DNA of 64,000 nt, from contig OZ244960.1 of NCBI GenBank assembly GCA_965222605.1, forward strand, positions 1,792,001 through 1,856,000, written 5' to 3'. This document shows positions 10,256-20,418 of this stretch, piece after piece. The DNA comes from Candidatus Latescibacterota bacterium (GTDB lineage Bacteria; Latescibacterota; UBA2968). Both the position numbers and the translations under genes were made by a program. The notes under the pieces are model-generated. The model searched no databases. It was not told where the DNA came from and saw nothing but the letters and a program-made list of their open reading frames with translations. Within the stretch, counting starts at the first letter, position 1, and every line of letters begins with the position of its first letter.

Positions 10256-11005
10256 CTATATCACCAGATCCCGACGCACCCCGCGCATATCCATCTCAAA
10301 TTCAATATCGACCACTGGCGGCCGGGTAAAGTGCCAGCGAAGGCCGTGCCGCCGAGCAGGTCCCATGCGATTGAACAAAATATCCTCTAACAGCCCGTCC
10401 AGAGGATGCACAGTGTACACATCCACAGCATTGATCAGCCCCCACGATCCACCCAGGCCGAACAGGCGCTCTGCCATTACATCCACCACATAACTAACTT
10501 TCTCTCGCATAGCTCCTTCACTGGTATCTCCACTGCGGATAATACCCTGCTCTACAAGCATCCCCTCGCGCAATTCCCCGGCACCGGCGACCACCAAAGT
10601 CCGGGGAGTATTGGCCGCTGCCGGCACCGTATAGGAAAATGCGTGCAGCATCGGCTCCCCGGGCGGATCGAACAGCGGTGCCACATTGGTGCGAGCCACT
10701 GGATTCAATTCCCCCACGTACAGATCCCAATCTCTGAGCACCCGACAATAATCCCGATTGAAGGCAATAAACCCCGCCATGGTAAAAGGTGCTGGCGAGC
10801 GCAACTCCATGCCACACAATGCCTGCCGATCCCGCCCGACCTCCCGTAAATGCGCCTCGACCCGGTCAAAGCCCTCGCGCCAAGGCAGGACCTGTTCCAG
10901 AGTGACATGGACGATCTCCCAGCCGGGGTCGGCAATAACACCACACGAATAAGGGTCAATACCCTTGAGAAAATGGTAGTGTCCTTCTATCTTGGCAATC
11001 AACAT
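10256..11005 (-). CDS. CnbZ-like (2-amino-5-chloromuconate deaminase family) protein
   Basis: PYSCGV.ADPG.EIVHV, ELRSPAPFT..GF.AFN, NPVARTNVAP, RPPVVDIEFEMD. Confidence 0.65.
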   Translation of the reverse strand: MLIAKIEGHYHFLKGIDPYSCGVIADPGWEIVHVTLEQVLPWREGFDRVEAHLREVGRDRQALCGMELRSPAPFTMAGFIAFNRDYCRVLRDWDLYVGELNPVARTNVAPLFDPPGEPMLHAFSYTVPAAANTPRTLVVAGAGELREGMLVEQGIIRSGDTSEGAMREKVSYVVDVMAERLFGLGGSWGLINAVDVYTVHPLDGLLEDILFNRMGPARRHGLRWHFTRPPVVDIEFEMDMRGVRRDLVI

Positions 11006-11020
11006 TATAATGCCTCTATA

Positions 11021-11319
11021 TTACAATCTTAACCGCCCATTCGCCCGCAGCGTGAGCAGTGTCCCCAACGTCACCCAACCGCGCCATTCGAGTTCGCAAC
11101 TCGGACTCACGGCTTGCCAGGTAATATTCCATCTGGACAGCGAATATCCGGTTCAAGCGCATGCCCAAATCCGCCATCTGCGTTTTGATACGCGGAAAGC
11201 ACTGTGAGTACCTGCTCTCGCGAACCACCTTTGAAATGAAATGCAAACAACTGCCGCTCGAGCAGTCGCGCATTGTTATAGATAAATTTTTCAGCGCGAT
11301 TAAAAATAGTATGCCCCAT
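11021..11319 (-). pseudogene. Internally deleted prenyltransferase/terpene-cyclase-repeat-like gene
   Basis: N-terminus ...YQNADGGFGHALEPDIRCPD joins out of frame at ~11130 to a C-terminal fragment WNITWQAVSPSCELEWRGWVTLGTLLTLRANGRLRL*. Confidence 0.65.
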
Positions 11320-11349
11320 AGACTATCTTCCATACTAATTCAGACAGTT

Positions 11350-11913
11350 TTACTCCAACCCAATAAATTTGAGAAATGTCTTTTTGCCACCTGCCTTTTT
11401 ACGCGCGTTCCACGCTTCAACTTTGGCATAATAGGGTTCTTCTTCCCACGCTTCCCATTTTGCAATGGCCTTGATTTCGCCCAATGGATTGTACCCATCG
11501 AGTTCATACGGACAATCGGTAGATTGGTTAATACTGAGCAACTCGATATCGTCATTTTCGTCAAACTCGAGATCAAATGGATACCTTCGACAGGTCACTG
11601 GGCGATAGTCATAAATGGTACACAAATCGTCTTCGCCCAAATATTGACATCCGCTCTCGGTTCTACGCAATCCCATAACGCGCTGGCCAGACTTCAAACG
11701 TATCCAGCCAGGCTGGTCTTCGCCCCATTCAATTTCGCTGGGCTTATAAAAATCGACAATATCATAAGCGGCCTGATTTGTACCATCAATAATGCGGCGC
11801 ACATCTTCGTCAGTAACCAGAACAATGGGGTCTCGACAACAATTTCCACAGCGAGTGCAGCGAAAGTTGAGCAAATGTTTCCACTCTTGCGCCATATTGT
11901 CTCCAATGGTCAA
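11350..11913 (-). CDS. YkgJ family cysteine-cluster protein
   Basis: CTRCGNCC, C.YL....CTIY..RP..CR.YPF. Confidence 0.85.
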   Translation of the reverse strand: MTIGDNMAQEWKHLLNFRCTRCGNCCRDPIVLVTDEDVRRIIDGTNQAAYDIVDFYKPSEIEWGEDQPGWIRLKSGQRVMGLRRTESGCQYLGEDDLCTIYDYRPVTCRRYPFDLEFDENDDIELLSINQSTDCPYELDGYNPLGEIKAIAKWEAWEEEPYYAKVEAWNARKKAGGKKTFLKFIGLE

Positions 11914-13088
11914 ACGGCCCTTTGTTCCAACCAGTCTTTCGTAATTTCAATACCAAAGCCAGGAGCATCGCTCGGAATGAGATAACCGTCTTTGATCACA
12001 GGGGTTCCCGGCAGTGCAACGCGTTCTTCCAGAGGAACGCCCGGAGGTGATACCCCTTCAGAGCGCTCGCCCCACTGTATCGCCGGCATAGCATAAGAAA
12101 GGTGCTGCCCGTAGGGATAATTCATACCCGCGTGGCTGATGACCGTTAGCCCGTGCGCCTCGGCAATATGGCATATCCTCATCAAGGCCGTGATACCACC
12201 AGCCCACTGAATATCGGGTTGCAAAATATCGACAAGCCCCTGGCTCGCGGCTGTGGCAAAGGGATGGATGGTGTACCAGTGTTCGCCCGTTGCGAGGATT
12301 TGCCCGGGGACGCGTTGGCGCACCTTCATATAGCTTTCCATATCTTCGGGCAACACGTAGTCTTCAAGCCACTTGAGGCGATACGGTTTCAGGACTTCAA
12401 CGAGGCGAACTGTGTATTCGACATTGAGCGACATCCACGCATCGAGCATGAGTTCGACATCATCGCCGATCTGCTCGCGCGTTTTTGCAACGAGTTCTTC
12501 TGTCTTGTTTATCCCCTCAATACCGGACTCCGGCCCATATCGCGCAAAGAGCTTGACCGCCTTAAAACCCAATTCGAGAAACCATTCAATGCTATTTTCC
12601 GTACCATAAGATATATCTGTATTGCTGGCATAACAGAAAATTTTGTCTTTTTGCGGACCGCCCAAAAGCTCGTAAACAGGACGCTGCAAAATTTTTCCTT
12701 TCAAGTCCCACAAGGCATTATCCACAGCACTGATGGCATAGCTGGACAAACCCGCCGTATGATAAGGCGAAGAAGCGCGGCGCATCATGTCCCACAGCTT
12801 TTCGGTCGCCATGCAATTTTGCCCTTCGAGCAAAGGGGCGAAGTGATCGTTGATAATACTGAGCACCGGCCCACTGTGATTGGTAAAACCAACTCCCCAT
12901 GTGCCGTCTTGCGCAGTCACGACACAGGCCGTGCGAGTCCAATTTGGATTCCACTTCGATTTTTTAAATTCGGGATATCGCGCCATAGGGCTGATAAAAC
13001 CATCTGTGGGCAACTTCGGAACGCGAGGTTCTGTTTTTTGAACGGGAGTAATATTGACAGCAACTGCGCGAATATCTTCGATTTTCAT
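11910..13088 (-). CDS. Mandelate racemase/enolase-superfamily acid-sugar dehydratase (L-rhamnonate dehydratase-like)
   Basis: AISAVDNALWDLKGK, metal ligands in LMLDAW, WLED, TGEH, LQPDI. Confidence 0.85.
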   Translation of the reverse strand: MKIEDIRAVAVNITPVQKTEPRVPKLPTDGFISPMARYPEFKKSKWNPNWTRTACVVTAQDGTWGVGFTNHSGPVLSIINDHFAPLLEGQNCMATEKLWDMMRRASSPYHTAGLSSYAISAVDNALWDLKGKILQRPVYELLGGPQKDKIFCYASNTDISYGTENSIEWFLELGFKAVKLFARYGPESGIEGINKTEELVAKTREQIGDDVELMLDAWMSLNVEYTVRLVEVLKPYRLKWLEDYVLPEDMESYMKVRQRVPGQILATGEHWYTIHPFATAASQGLVDILQPDIQWAGGITALMRICHIAEAHGLTVISHAGMNYPYGQHLSYAMPAIQWGERSEGVSPPGVPLEERVALPGTPVIKDGYLIPSDAPGFGIEITKDWLEQRAV

Positions 13089-13100
13089 AGTTATTCCTTC

Positions 13101-14741
13101 TTAAAAAGCAATGGCATATCCATCTCGCCTGGGGTCTGAACCGCCCATCAGGGCACCGGTTTCGGGATTGATCTGAATAGCCTGAGCATTCCCCGGCCCA
13201 CCCCAATCTGAGAGGATGCGAAGGTCGTGACCTTTCTGGCTGAGAGTCTGGCGGATGGTGTCGGGAAAACGACTTTCGAGTTGAAGCGCGTCTTCGCAAG
13301 TATGGGGAACAGTGGATTCCATAGGGTTTTGCAGTGAACGCCAGCGAGGGGCTTCAACTGCCTCTTGTGGTGTCATGCCAAATTCCAGAATATGTGTCAC
13401 CAGTTGCAAATTGGTCTGCACCTGTGTATCTGCGCCCGGCGTGCCGCATATCAAAACGGGTTTGTTGTCCCTGGTTACAATAACGGGGTTCATCGTGTGG
13501 CGAACCCGTTTGCCGGGCATCAGACAATTGGGATGATCTTTTTCGAGATGCCAGTAAGTCATACGGTTGTTGAGGAGAATACCAGTATCACCCGCAATAA
13601 GACTTGACCCCCAGCCAGATTGAATACTCTGCAGTTGACAAACCGCGTTGCCCTCGCTATCGGCAACGCAGAAACAGGTGGTATCTTCGACCGATTCCGG
13701 GATACCGAAAGGGACGTGGGCAGCAGCGCGTTCGAGGTCGATGTATGAAGCGCGTTCTTTTGCATAATCTTTCGAGAGAAGTCCTTCAATTGGCACATTG
13801 ACCCAATCTGGATCGGCCACGTATTTTTCGCGGTCTGCAAAAGCGAGTTTTTTGGCTTCGACCATAAGATGGATACTCTCGGCAGTATTGCAGCCCAGTG
13901 CCCCAAGATCAAAATTTTCGACGATATTGAGTTCTTGAAGTAAGATATGCCCACTCGAATTGGGCGGCGTTTCATATACGGTATAACCTTTGTAGGTCAC
14001 GGCAATGGGATCGAGAATGCGGGCGCGATGGTTCTTCAAATCGGCTTCGGTGAGCAACCCATCTCGCGACTGGCTGAATGCAACAAGTGCCCGGGCTATT
14101 TCACCCGTGCAATAGGCGTCGCGTCCTTCTGAACCGATTATCCGCAAGGTCTTACCCAGGTCTTTCTGATAGACGATATCTCCGGGACTGAGGGGCCGAC
14201 CATCATTGGTGAAGACCGCCCGCGTATATGAATCGGATGCAAAGCGTTTTGTTTCCCCCCGCAAGCTGTCCGCCAATTTGTGACTGAGCGGAAAACCATC
14301 TTCACAAAGGGCGATTGCCGGCGCAAAAATATCGTCGAGCGGGCGCGTACCAAAACGCTCGTGAGCAACGAGCCAGCCATCTACCAGGCCGGGGATGGAA
14401 ACACTCAGAATACCTTTCATCGGGATGCCACCGCGTTTGAGATAAAACTCTCTGGTCGCGCCTGTTGGGGCTGCGCCAGTGGCATTGATAGCGGATACCG
14501 CACCTGTTTTGGCGGAATAGATCAAGATAAATCCATCGCCGCCTGCGCCTGAAGATTGCGGTTCAACCACGCCGAGCGCAGCGGCTGTAGCAATGGCGGC
14601 ATCAATGGCATTGCCTCCGGCCATCATGATCTGGATACCTGCTTGAGAAGCGAGATGGTGTCCCGATGTGACCACGCCATTTCTGCCCATGATGGATGGC
14701 CTGAAGGCGGGATGGACGATTGCATGGGGTGAAGACATCAC
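13101..14741 (-). CDS. ggt: Gamma-glutamyltransferase family protein
   Basis: GGNAIDAAIATAAAL.VVEP, DTT nucleophile, GTPGAD.Q.Q, SDPRRDG. Confidence 0.92.
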   Translation of the reverse strand: MMSSPHAIVHPAFRPSIMGRNGVVTSGHHLASQAGIQIMMAGGNAIDAAIATAAALGVVEPQSSGAGGDGFILIYSAKTGAVSAINATGAAPTGATREFYLKRGGIPMKGILSVSIPGLVDGWLVAHERFGTRPLDDIFAPAIALCEDGFPLSHKLADSLRGETKRFASDSYTRAVFTNDGRPLSPGDIVYQKDLGKTLRIIGSEGRDAYCTGEIARALVAFSQSRDGLLTEADLKNHRARILDPIAVTYKGYTVYETPPNSSGHILLQELNIVENFDLGALGCNTAESIHLMVEAKKLAFADREKYVADPDWVNVPIEGLLSKDYAKERASYIDLERAAAHVPFGIPESVEDTTCFCVADSEGNAVCQLQSIQSGWGSSLIAGDTGILLNNRMTYWHLEKDHPNCLMPGKRVRHTMNPVIVTRDNKPVLICGTPGADTQVQTNLQLVTHILEFGMTPQEAVEAPRWRSLQNPMESTVPHTCEDALQLESRFPDTIRQTLSQKGHDLRILSDWGGPGNAQAIQINPETGALMGGSDPRRDGYAIAF

Positions 14742-14829
14742 GTGCTCCTGAGACGGTTTTTAATAAAAAATGATGGAGGTATTGTGTTAATTTCTTTCAA
14801 ACGCCCGCACACGTATTCTGATATACGCC

Positions 14830-14858
14830 TTGACAAAATACCATGAGGCCACTAATTT
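14830..14858 (+). promoter_or_regulatory. Candidate sigma70 promoter for the response regulator
   Basis: TTGACA-17 nt-TAATTT. Confidence 0.45.
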
Positions 14859-14946
14859 GCAATATCTTCCAGCCCTGAGTAATGCTATTAGGGACGGGCG
14901 TATTAAACTGCGTAACATCCTGTTTCCTCTTTATTTTCTCTCTTAA

Positions 14947-15624
14947 ATGGCAACTATTCTTCTTCTCGCAGACGAAGCCTACGGCGCGCGTCTCAAATCA
15001 GACCTCGAATACATCGGGCATCAGGTTGAACATGTGATCCTGCGCGGGCGGAGCAATTTGCCTCCCATACCCGCCAATGGCATTGATTTGACCATTATTG
15101 ACCCCGAATCCTCTCTCGATCGCCTCGCACAGGCCATTGCGCACCTTCAACAACAGCCTCCTGCCAACGACTGTTCCCTGCTCGTCATCACCGATGAAAT
15201 GACCGCACTCAATCTCGATTTTTCACTCGGTATTTCAGATTTTGTCATCAAGCCCTACAGCCTGCGCGAGTTCGAAGCACGCCTGCGCCTGGCCCTTTGG
15301 AACGACGACCATCCCCCCGACGACCACACCCTCAAAATAGATGACCTCGTCATCAATATGGCACGCTACGAAGTGCGCGTCAAGGGCAGCATTGTCGAAC
15401 TCACACTCAAAGAATACGAACTACTCAAACATCTGGTCACCCACGAGGCCCGCGTATTTACCCGATCAGACCTGCTCGACAGCATCTGGGGCTATGACTA
15501 TTACGGCGGCATGCGCACCGTTGATGTCCACATTCGCCGCTTGCGCTCCAAACTCGGCGAATCCGGCAAAGCCATTACCACAGTGCGCGGCGTCGGCTAC
15601 AAATTTGATCCCCCTAAGATTTAA
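14947..15624 (+). CDS. Orphan OmpR/PhoB-family response regulator, GlnR-like
   Basis: wHTH LTLKEYELL...WGYDYYGGMRTVDVHIRRLRSKLG...TVRGVGY; divergent receiver domain. Confidence 0.88.
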   Translation: MATILLLADEAYGARLKSDLEYIGHQVEHVILRGRSNLPPIPANGIDLTIIDPESSLDRLAQAIAHLQQQPPANDCSLLVITDEMTALNLDFSLGISDFVIKPYSLREFEARLRLALWNDDHPPDDHTLKIDDLVINMARYEVRVKGSIVELTLKEYELLKHLVTHEARVFTRSDLLDSIWGYDYYGGMRTVDVHIRRLRSKLGESGKAITTVRGVGYKFDPPKI

Positions 15625-15645
15625 AAATAACTCCTGACACACCAC

Positions 15646-15682
15646 AAACCCCAGAAGCACGCTCCTGGGGTTTTATTTTTTT
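15646..15682. terminator. Intrinsic terminator between convergent genes
   Basis: AAACCCCAG-loop-CTGGGGTTT followed by a T-run. Confidence 0.7.
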
Positions 15683-15687
15683 AATAT

Positions 15688-16596
15688 TTAAGCTCGCGCC
15701 TGTGACCACGCTCGCAACGGAACATCATCCCAATTTTTTGTCAACCAGTATTGTGACGAAGGGTGAAAATCTGGTTCTGGTCCCAGCGGGTTTTCTCCCG
15801 ATGCCAGCGCGCCCAACAACTGACGCCGAACCGGCGAACTCCGTTCAATAAGCTCGATATCCTGCTCGATATAATCAGTCGGACGAAGCCACCGGTAATT
15901 ATATCCCACATGCATAATCTTTCGCGTTTTTCTCGACAAATTGGGCCCCACGCAATGCCAAACAGCGGTTCGCCACAACACCGCAGAACCAGCCCGCAAC
16001 TTGAGTTCAACCGCCTCTTCTGGATTGACCTCGCGCCCCATTTCCCGCAATTCTTCGGGCTTGCGCTTGTGACTGCCCGGCACCAACCACAGATTGCCAC
16101 AATTGGATTCGGTCATATCGTAAAGCACGTAAAAAACCTTGATCTCCATAAACGGGAGACGTCCATCGAGCGAAGGTCCCAGAAACAACATATCGCTCGC
16201 CAAATCGGGATGCCATGCCACATTGCGGTACCCAACCGCCTGATCTTCGCCCTTTCCAACACCAACATCACCTGCTTTCAAACCCTCGGGATACGGTGGT
16301 CGATAGTCCAGGTGCGTAGTTCTGATCTGAATATTCCATCCAATCGCATCCACCACCAGAGGCAACATCCGCGGATGATCGATCAAATCGAGAAAAGCCT
16401 CGTGCTGCGACAGGGCATTGCGCACGGCAAAAGGCTCATCAGGCCCCAACTCCTCGGCATCTCGAACCCGCTCTGCCACCTCGTCAATAGCCAGCAGAAG
16501 CCGATTGACCTCGTCCTGAGTAAAAAAATCCTCGAGAATAATAAATCCCTTTTCATCAAAATCTTTCTCCTGCTGATCTGTCATTGTAAGAGCCAT
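15688..16596 (-). CDS. Phytanoyl-CoA dioxygenase (PhyH) family Fe/2OG oxygenase
   Basis: WHPD, GNLWLVPGSH, distal WH; start ATG 16596 after AGGAGGGG. Confidence 0.85.
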   Translation of the reverse strand: MALTMTDQQEKDFDEKGFIILEDFFTQDEVNRLLLAIDEVAERVRDAEELGPDEPFAVRNALSQHEAFLDLIDHPRMLPLVVDAIGWNIQIRTTHLDYRPPYPEGLKAGDVGVGKGEDQAVGYRNVAWHPDLASDMLFLGPSLDGRLPFMEIKVFYVLYDMTESNCGNLWLVPGSHKRKPEELREMGREVNPEEAVELKLRAGSAVLWRTAVWHCVGPNLSRKTRKIMHVGYNYRWLRPTDYIEQDIELIERSSPVRRQLLGALASGENPLGPEPDFHPSSQYWLTKNWDDVPLRAWSQARA

Positions 16597-16745
16597 AAAC
16601 CCCTCCTTTAACCTGCATATCCAGGTATCTCGCCAGACCGAAGAATATTTCAAATCGAATATACTCATCACCCGCGAATAATTCAACAACTGATTCAAAG
16701 AACCTCCCAACCTCTGCGTATCACATCGCCGGCTCTCTAAAAAAC

Positions 16746-16778
16746 AAGCCCCGAATGTATCAAAACATCCGGGGCTTT
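16746..16778 (-). terminator. Terminator-like hairpin after the cus operon
   Basis: AAGCCCCG...CGGGGCTT inverted repeat, T-rich on the minus strand. Confidence 0.55.
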
Positions 16779-16797
16779 GCCGTCGGCAGATTAACAC

Positions 16798-17142
16798 TCA
16801 CTGAATTTTACAGCAAGAGGGCAACTGGGCATACGCATCGGAATCGGCCTTTTTGTCATTAGCCGCATAACCCACCTTGACAACAGCCTGCTCCAAAGCG
16901 GGAACACTGGTCACCTTGTCATCAAAAGTCACCTTCGCTGTTTTGGCCTCCAGATCAACTGCCACGCTCTGAACGCCATCGACCTTTTTCAGCGCTTTCT
17001 CCACAGTATTCGAGCACATAGAGCACTGCATCGTTGACAACTTCACCTCGACAGTCGTCGCCTCCGACTTTGACGCACAGCCAACCCATCCCGCCATGCC
17101 TATCGCGCCAATGACCAATAATGCGAAAATACGAGACTTCAT
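16798..17142 (-). CDS. Exported heavy-metal-associated (HMA) domain chaperone, MerP/CopZ-like
   Basis: Signal peptide/lipobox (WVGC), MQCSMC motif, C-terminal LPSCC; start ATG 17142 after AGGAGG. Confidence 0.88.
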   Translation of the reverse strand: MKSRIFALLVIGAIGMAGWVGCASKSEATTVEVKLSTMQCSMCSNTVEKALKKVDGVQSVAVDLEAKTAKVTFDDKVTSVPALEQAVVKVGYAANDKKADSDAYAQLPSCCKIQ

Positions 17143-17200
17143 AACACACCTCCTGATAAGTGAATAATTTTGGGTTTTACCTCTACACAAGGCACCACCC

Positions 17201-20200
17201 CTATCTCTTCTCTTTCCACAACGCATAAATCGCCGGAATCACCAACAGCGTCAAAATCGTCGATGACACCATCCCCCCCACCATAGGCGCTGCAATGCGC
17301 TTCATCGCCTCGGACCCCGTGCCCGTTGACCACATAATCGGCAACAGACCAGCCATCGTTGAAAACACCGTCATCAACTTGGGCCGCACCCGCCCCACAG
17401 CGCCGGACATCACCGCCTGATTTAAGTCTGTTAGCGTCAACACATCGCCTTTTTCGCGTTTGATACTCTCATAAGCCTGATCCAGATAAATCAGCATCAC
17501 CACCCCCGTCTCGGCAGCCAATCCCGCCAGCGCGATGAACCCAACACCAACGGCAATGCTCATATCGTAATCCAAAATATACATCAACCATATCCCACCG
17601 ACCAGTGCAAAGGGCAGAGAAAGCATCACAATCGCGCTCTCAGCCACATTTCTAAAATTCAGATACAACAGCAGAAAAATGATCGCCAGCGTCACGGGCA
17701 CTACAACCTTCAGCTTTTTCTCTGCCCGCAACATATATTCATACTGACCACTCCAAATCGCGGTGTACCCAGGTGGCATCTGCACCTGCTCCAGTACCGC
17801 CTGTTGCGCCCGCGCGACATAAGTCCCCACATCCACGCCTTCAATATCGACATAGACCCACGCATTTAACCGCGCATTCTCGCTCTTAATACCCGGTGGA
17901 CCCTTCCGAATGCGAAGATCTGCCAACTGTCCAATGGGAATCTGCGCCCCCATCGGCGTGGGCACCAGCACGCGCCGAAGCGCGGGCAAATTGTCGCGCA
18001 ACTCTCGCCCATAACGCAAATTCACCGGATAGCGTTCCAAACCCTCCACAGTATGCGTGATATTCATCCCGCCCAATGCAGACATAATAACATCCTGCAC
18101 ATCCCCAACCGTCAGCCCATAACGCGCAGCAGCCTGCCTATTGATCTCAAAATCCAGATAATTGCCACCCACAGCGCGCTCGGCAAACACACTCAGCGTA
18201 CCCGGCAGATCGCGCACCACCGTTTCGATTTTCTCGCCCAACATCTGCAATGTCTCCAGATCATCTCCCACGACCTTGATACCCACAGGCGTCTTAATAC
18301 CCGTTGAAAGCATATCGATGCGCGTCTTAATCGGCATAGTCCACGCATTGGTCAGTCCCGGAAATTTTACCGCCTGGTTCAATTCTCGAATTAATTTTTG
18401 AGGCGTCATGCCTTCTCGCCACTCGGACTCGGGCTTGAGCATAATCGTCGTCTCAATCATCGACAACGGCGCCGGGTCTGTCGCAGTCTCTGCCCGACCA
18501 ATTTTGCCAAATACATGTTCAACTTCTGGAAAAGTGCGAATGATCTTATCCGTCTGTTGCAACAACGCCCGCGCTCTCGTAATCGATATCCCCGGCAATG
18601 TCGTGGGCATATACAACAAATCGCCCTCGTACAGAGGCGGCATAAATTCAGATCCAATTTTTTCCATAGGAAACAGCGCGTCCAATTTCACCAGTGCCTT
18701 ATAAGTCAAACTCTGCGGTCGATCCGAAAAACGCGACACCACCATATCGCGAAAGGGAAACACAGTCACAAACAACACCAGCCCACCCAACACCATAGTC
18801 AGCACCCGATTTCGCAACACCCAATCAATCACGGGTCGATACAGATAAATCAAAACGCGACTGATGGGATTCTCCGACTCAGACCGAATTTTGCCGCGCA
18901 CAAAAAAAGTCATCAGCACCGGCACAACCGTAATCGCCAAAAATGCCGCCGCCGCCATAGCATAAGTTTTGGTATATGCGAGCGGCTTAAACAACCGCCC
19001 TTCCTGCGCCTCCAGCGCAAAAACCGGCAAAAACGACAGCGTAATAATCAACAGCGAAAAGAACAGCGCAGGACCCACCTCTTTTGAAGCGGCAATAATC
19101 ATTTCACTGTGCGACTTTGTACCTCCATCGCGTTCAATATGCTTGTGTGCATTTTCGATCATCACAATAGCTGCATCCACCATCGCTCCAATGGCAATCG
19201 CAATACCGCCAAGTGACATAATATTCGAATTGACACCCTGGTGATGCATCGCGGCAAACGCTATTAAAATCCCCATCGGCAACGTGAAAACAGCTACAAA
19301 AGCACTGCGAAAATGAAGTAAAAAAACAATACACACCACAGCCACCACCGCGATCTCTTCAATCAGCTTATTCTGCAAATGATCAACCGCACGCAAGATA
19401 AGTGCCGAGCGGTCGTAATTGGCGATCACCACCACACCTTCGGGAAGACCGGGTTTGAGCGACTTCATCTTCTCTTTCACCCGATCAATAACTTTGAGCG
19501 CGTTTTCCCCATACCGCATCACCACAATACCCCCCACCACCTCCCCCTCGCCATTCCACTCCGCCAATCCCCTTCTGAGTTCTGGCCCCACCTGCACAGT
19601 CGCAACATCTTTTACACGAATTGGCGTACCGTGTTCACCCACGCCAAGGGCAATCTGCTCGATATCCGCCAAAGACTGGATATACCCCAACCCGCGCACC
19701 ATAAATTCCGTCTCCGCCAATTCGACCAGCCGCCCTCCCACGTCATTATTGCTGCGCTGAATCGCCGTCCGAATCTTCTGTAAGGGAATATTGTATGCCA
19801 GCAAGCGATTGGGATCCACAACCACCTGATACTGCTTCACAAATCCACCCACAGACGCCACTTCCGACACACCCTGTACACTGCTCAACTCATATCGCAA
19901 ATACCAATCCTGAATCGACCTCAATTCTGAAAGATCATGTCTTCCAGTCGTATCCAGCACCGTATATTGATAAACCCAGCCCACCCCCGTCGCATCTGGC
20001 CCCAGCTTCGGCGTCACCCCCTGTGGCAATCTATCAGACGCGGAATTGAGATACTCCAACACCCGACTGCGCGCCCAGTACATATCCGTTCCATCCTCAA
20101 AAATCACATACACATAAGACAGGCCAAAAAACGAATATCCCCGCACCGTCTTTGCATAAGGAACGGACAACATCGCCGTCGTCAGCGGATACGTCACCTG

Positions 20201-20389
20201 ATCTTCCACCACCTGCGGCGCCTGCCCCGGATATTCGCTAAACACGATCACCTGCACATCCGACAAATCGGGAATCGCATCCAGTGGCGTATTCAGCATC
20301 GCATACACCCCCCATCCAATCACCATCAAAGTGGCGATCACCACCAGAAATCGATTCTTCACACTCGCTTCAATAATTCGATTTAACAT
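17201..20389 (-). CDS. cusA: CusA/SilA heavy-metal RND efflux permease
   Basis: LDAIPDLSDVQV, GPDATGVGWV, GAMVDAAIVMIEN, EFMPPL.EGDLLYM. Confidence 0.96.
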   Translation of the reverse strand: MLNRIIEASVKNRFLVVIATLMVIGWGVYAMLNTPLDAIPDLSDVQVIVFSEYPGQAPQVVEDQVTYPLTTAMLSVPYAKTVRGYSFFGLSYVYVIFEDGTDMYWARSRVLEYLNSASDRLPQGVTPKLGPDATGVGWVYQYTVLDTTGRHDLSELRSIQDWYLRYELSSVQGVSEVASVGGFVKQYQVVVDPNRLLAYNIPLQKIRTAIQRSNNDVGGRLVELAETEFMVRGLGYIQSLADIEQIALGVGEHGTPIRVKDVATVQVGPELRRGLAEWNGEGEVVGGIVVMRYGENALKVIDRVKEKMKSLKPGLPEGVVVIANYDRSALILRAVDHLQNKLIEEIAVVAVVCIVFLLHFRSAFVAVFTLPMGILIAFAAMHHQGVNSNIMSLGGIAIAIGAMVDAAIVMIENAHKHIERDGGTKSHSEMIIAASKEVGPALFFSLLIITLSFLPVFALEAQEGRLFKPLAYTKTYAMAAAAFLAITVVPVLMTFFVRGKIRSESENPISRVLIYLYRPVIDWVLRNRVLTMVLGGLVLFVTVFPFRDMVVSRFSDRPQSLTYKALVKLDALFPMEKIGSEFMPPLYEGDLLYMPTTLPGISITRARALLQQTDKIIRTFPEVEHVFGKIGRAETATDPAPLSMIETTIMLKPESEWREGMTPQKLIRELNQAVKFPGLTNAWTMPIKTRIDMLSTGIKTPVGIKVVGDDLETLQMLGEKIETVVRDLPGTLSVFAERAVGGNYLDFEINRQAAARYGLTVGDVQDVIMSALGGMNITHTVEGLERYPVNLRYGRELRDNLPALRRVLVPTPMGAQIPIGQLADLRIRKGPPGIKSENARLNAWVYVDIEGVDVGTYVARAQQAVLEQVQMPPGYTAIWSGQYEYMLRAEKKLKVVVPVTLAIIFLLLYLNFRNVAESAIVMLSLPFALVGGIWLMYILDYDMSIAVGVGFIALAGLAAETGVVMLIYLDQAYESIKREKGDVLTLTDLNQAVMSGAVGRVRPKLMTVFSTMAGLLPIMWSTGTGSEAMKRIAAPMVGGMVSSTILTLLVIPAIYALWKEKR

Positions 20390-20418
20390 CGCGTTATAGC
20401 TCCATTAAAATGCGCACT

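Noticed and set aside
11016-11333. 105-aa ORF as an independent gene
   Set aside because: Alternative frame over the deleted pseudogene; the family motifs are in the other two frames
14905-14930. GlnR-box-like GTAAC...GTTTC upstream of the regulator
   Set aside because: Half-site order and spacing do not fit the gTnAc-n6-GaAAc consensus
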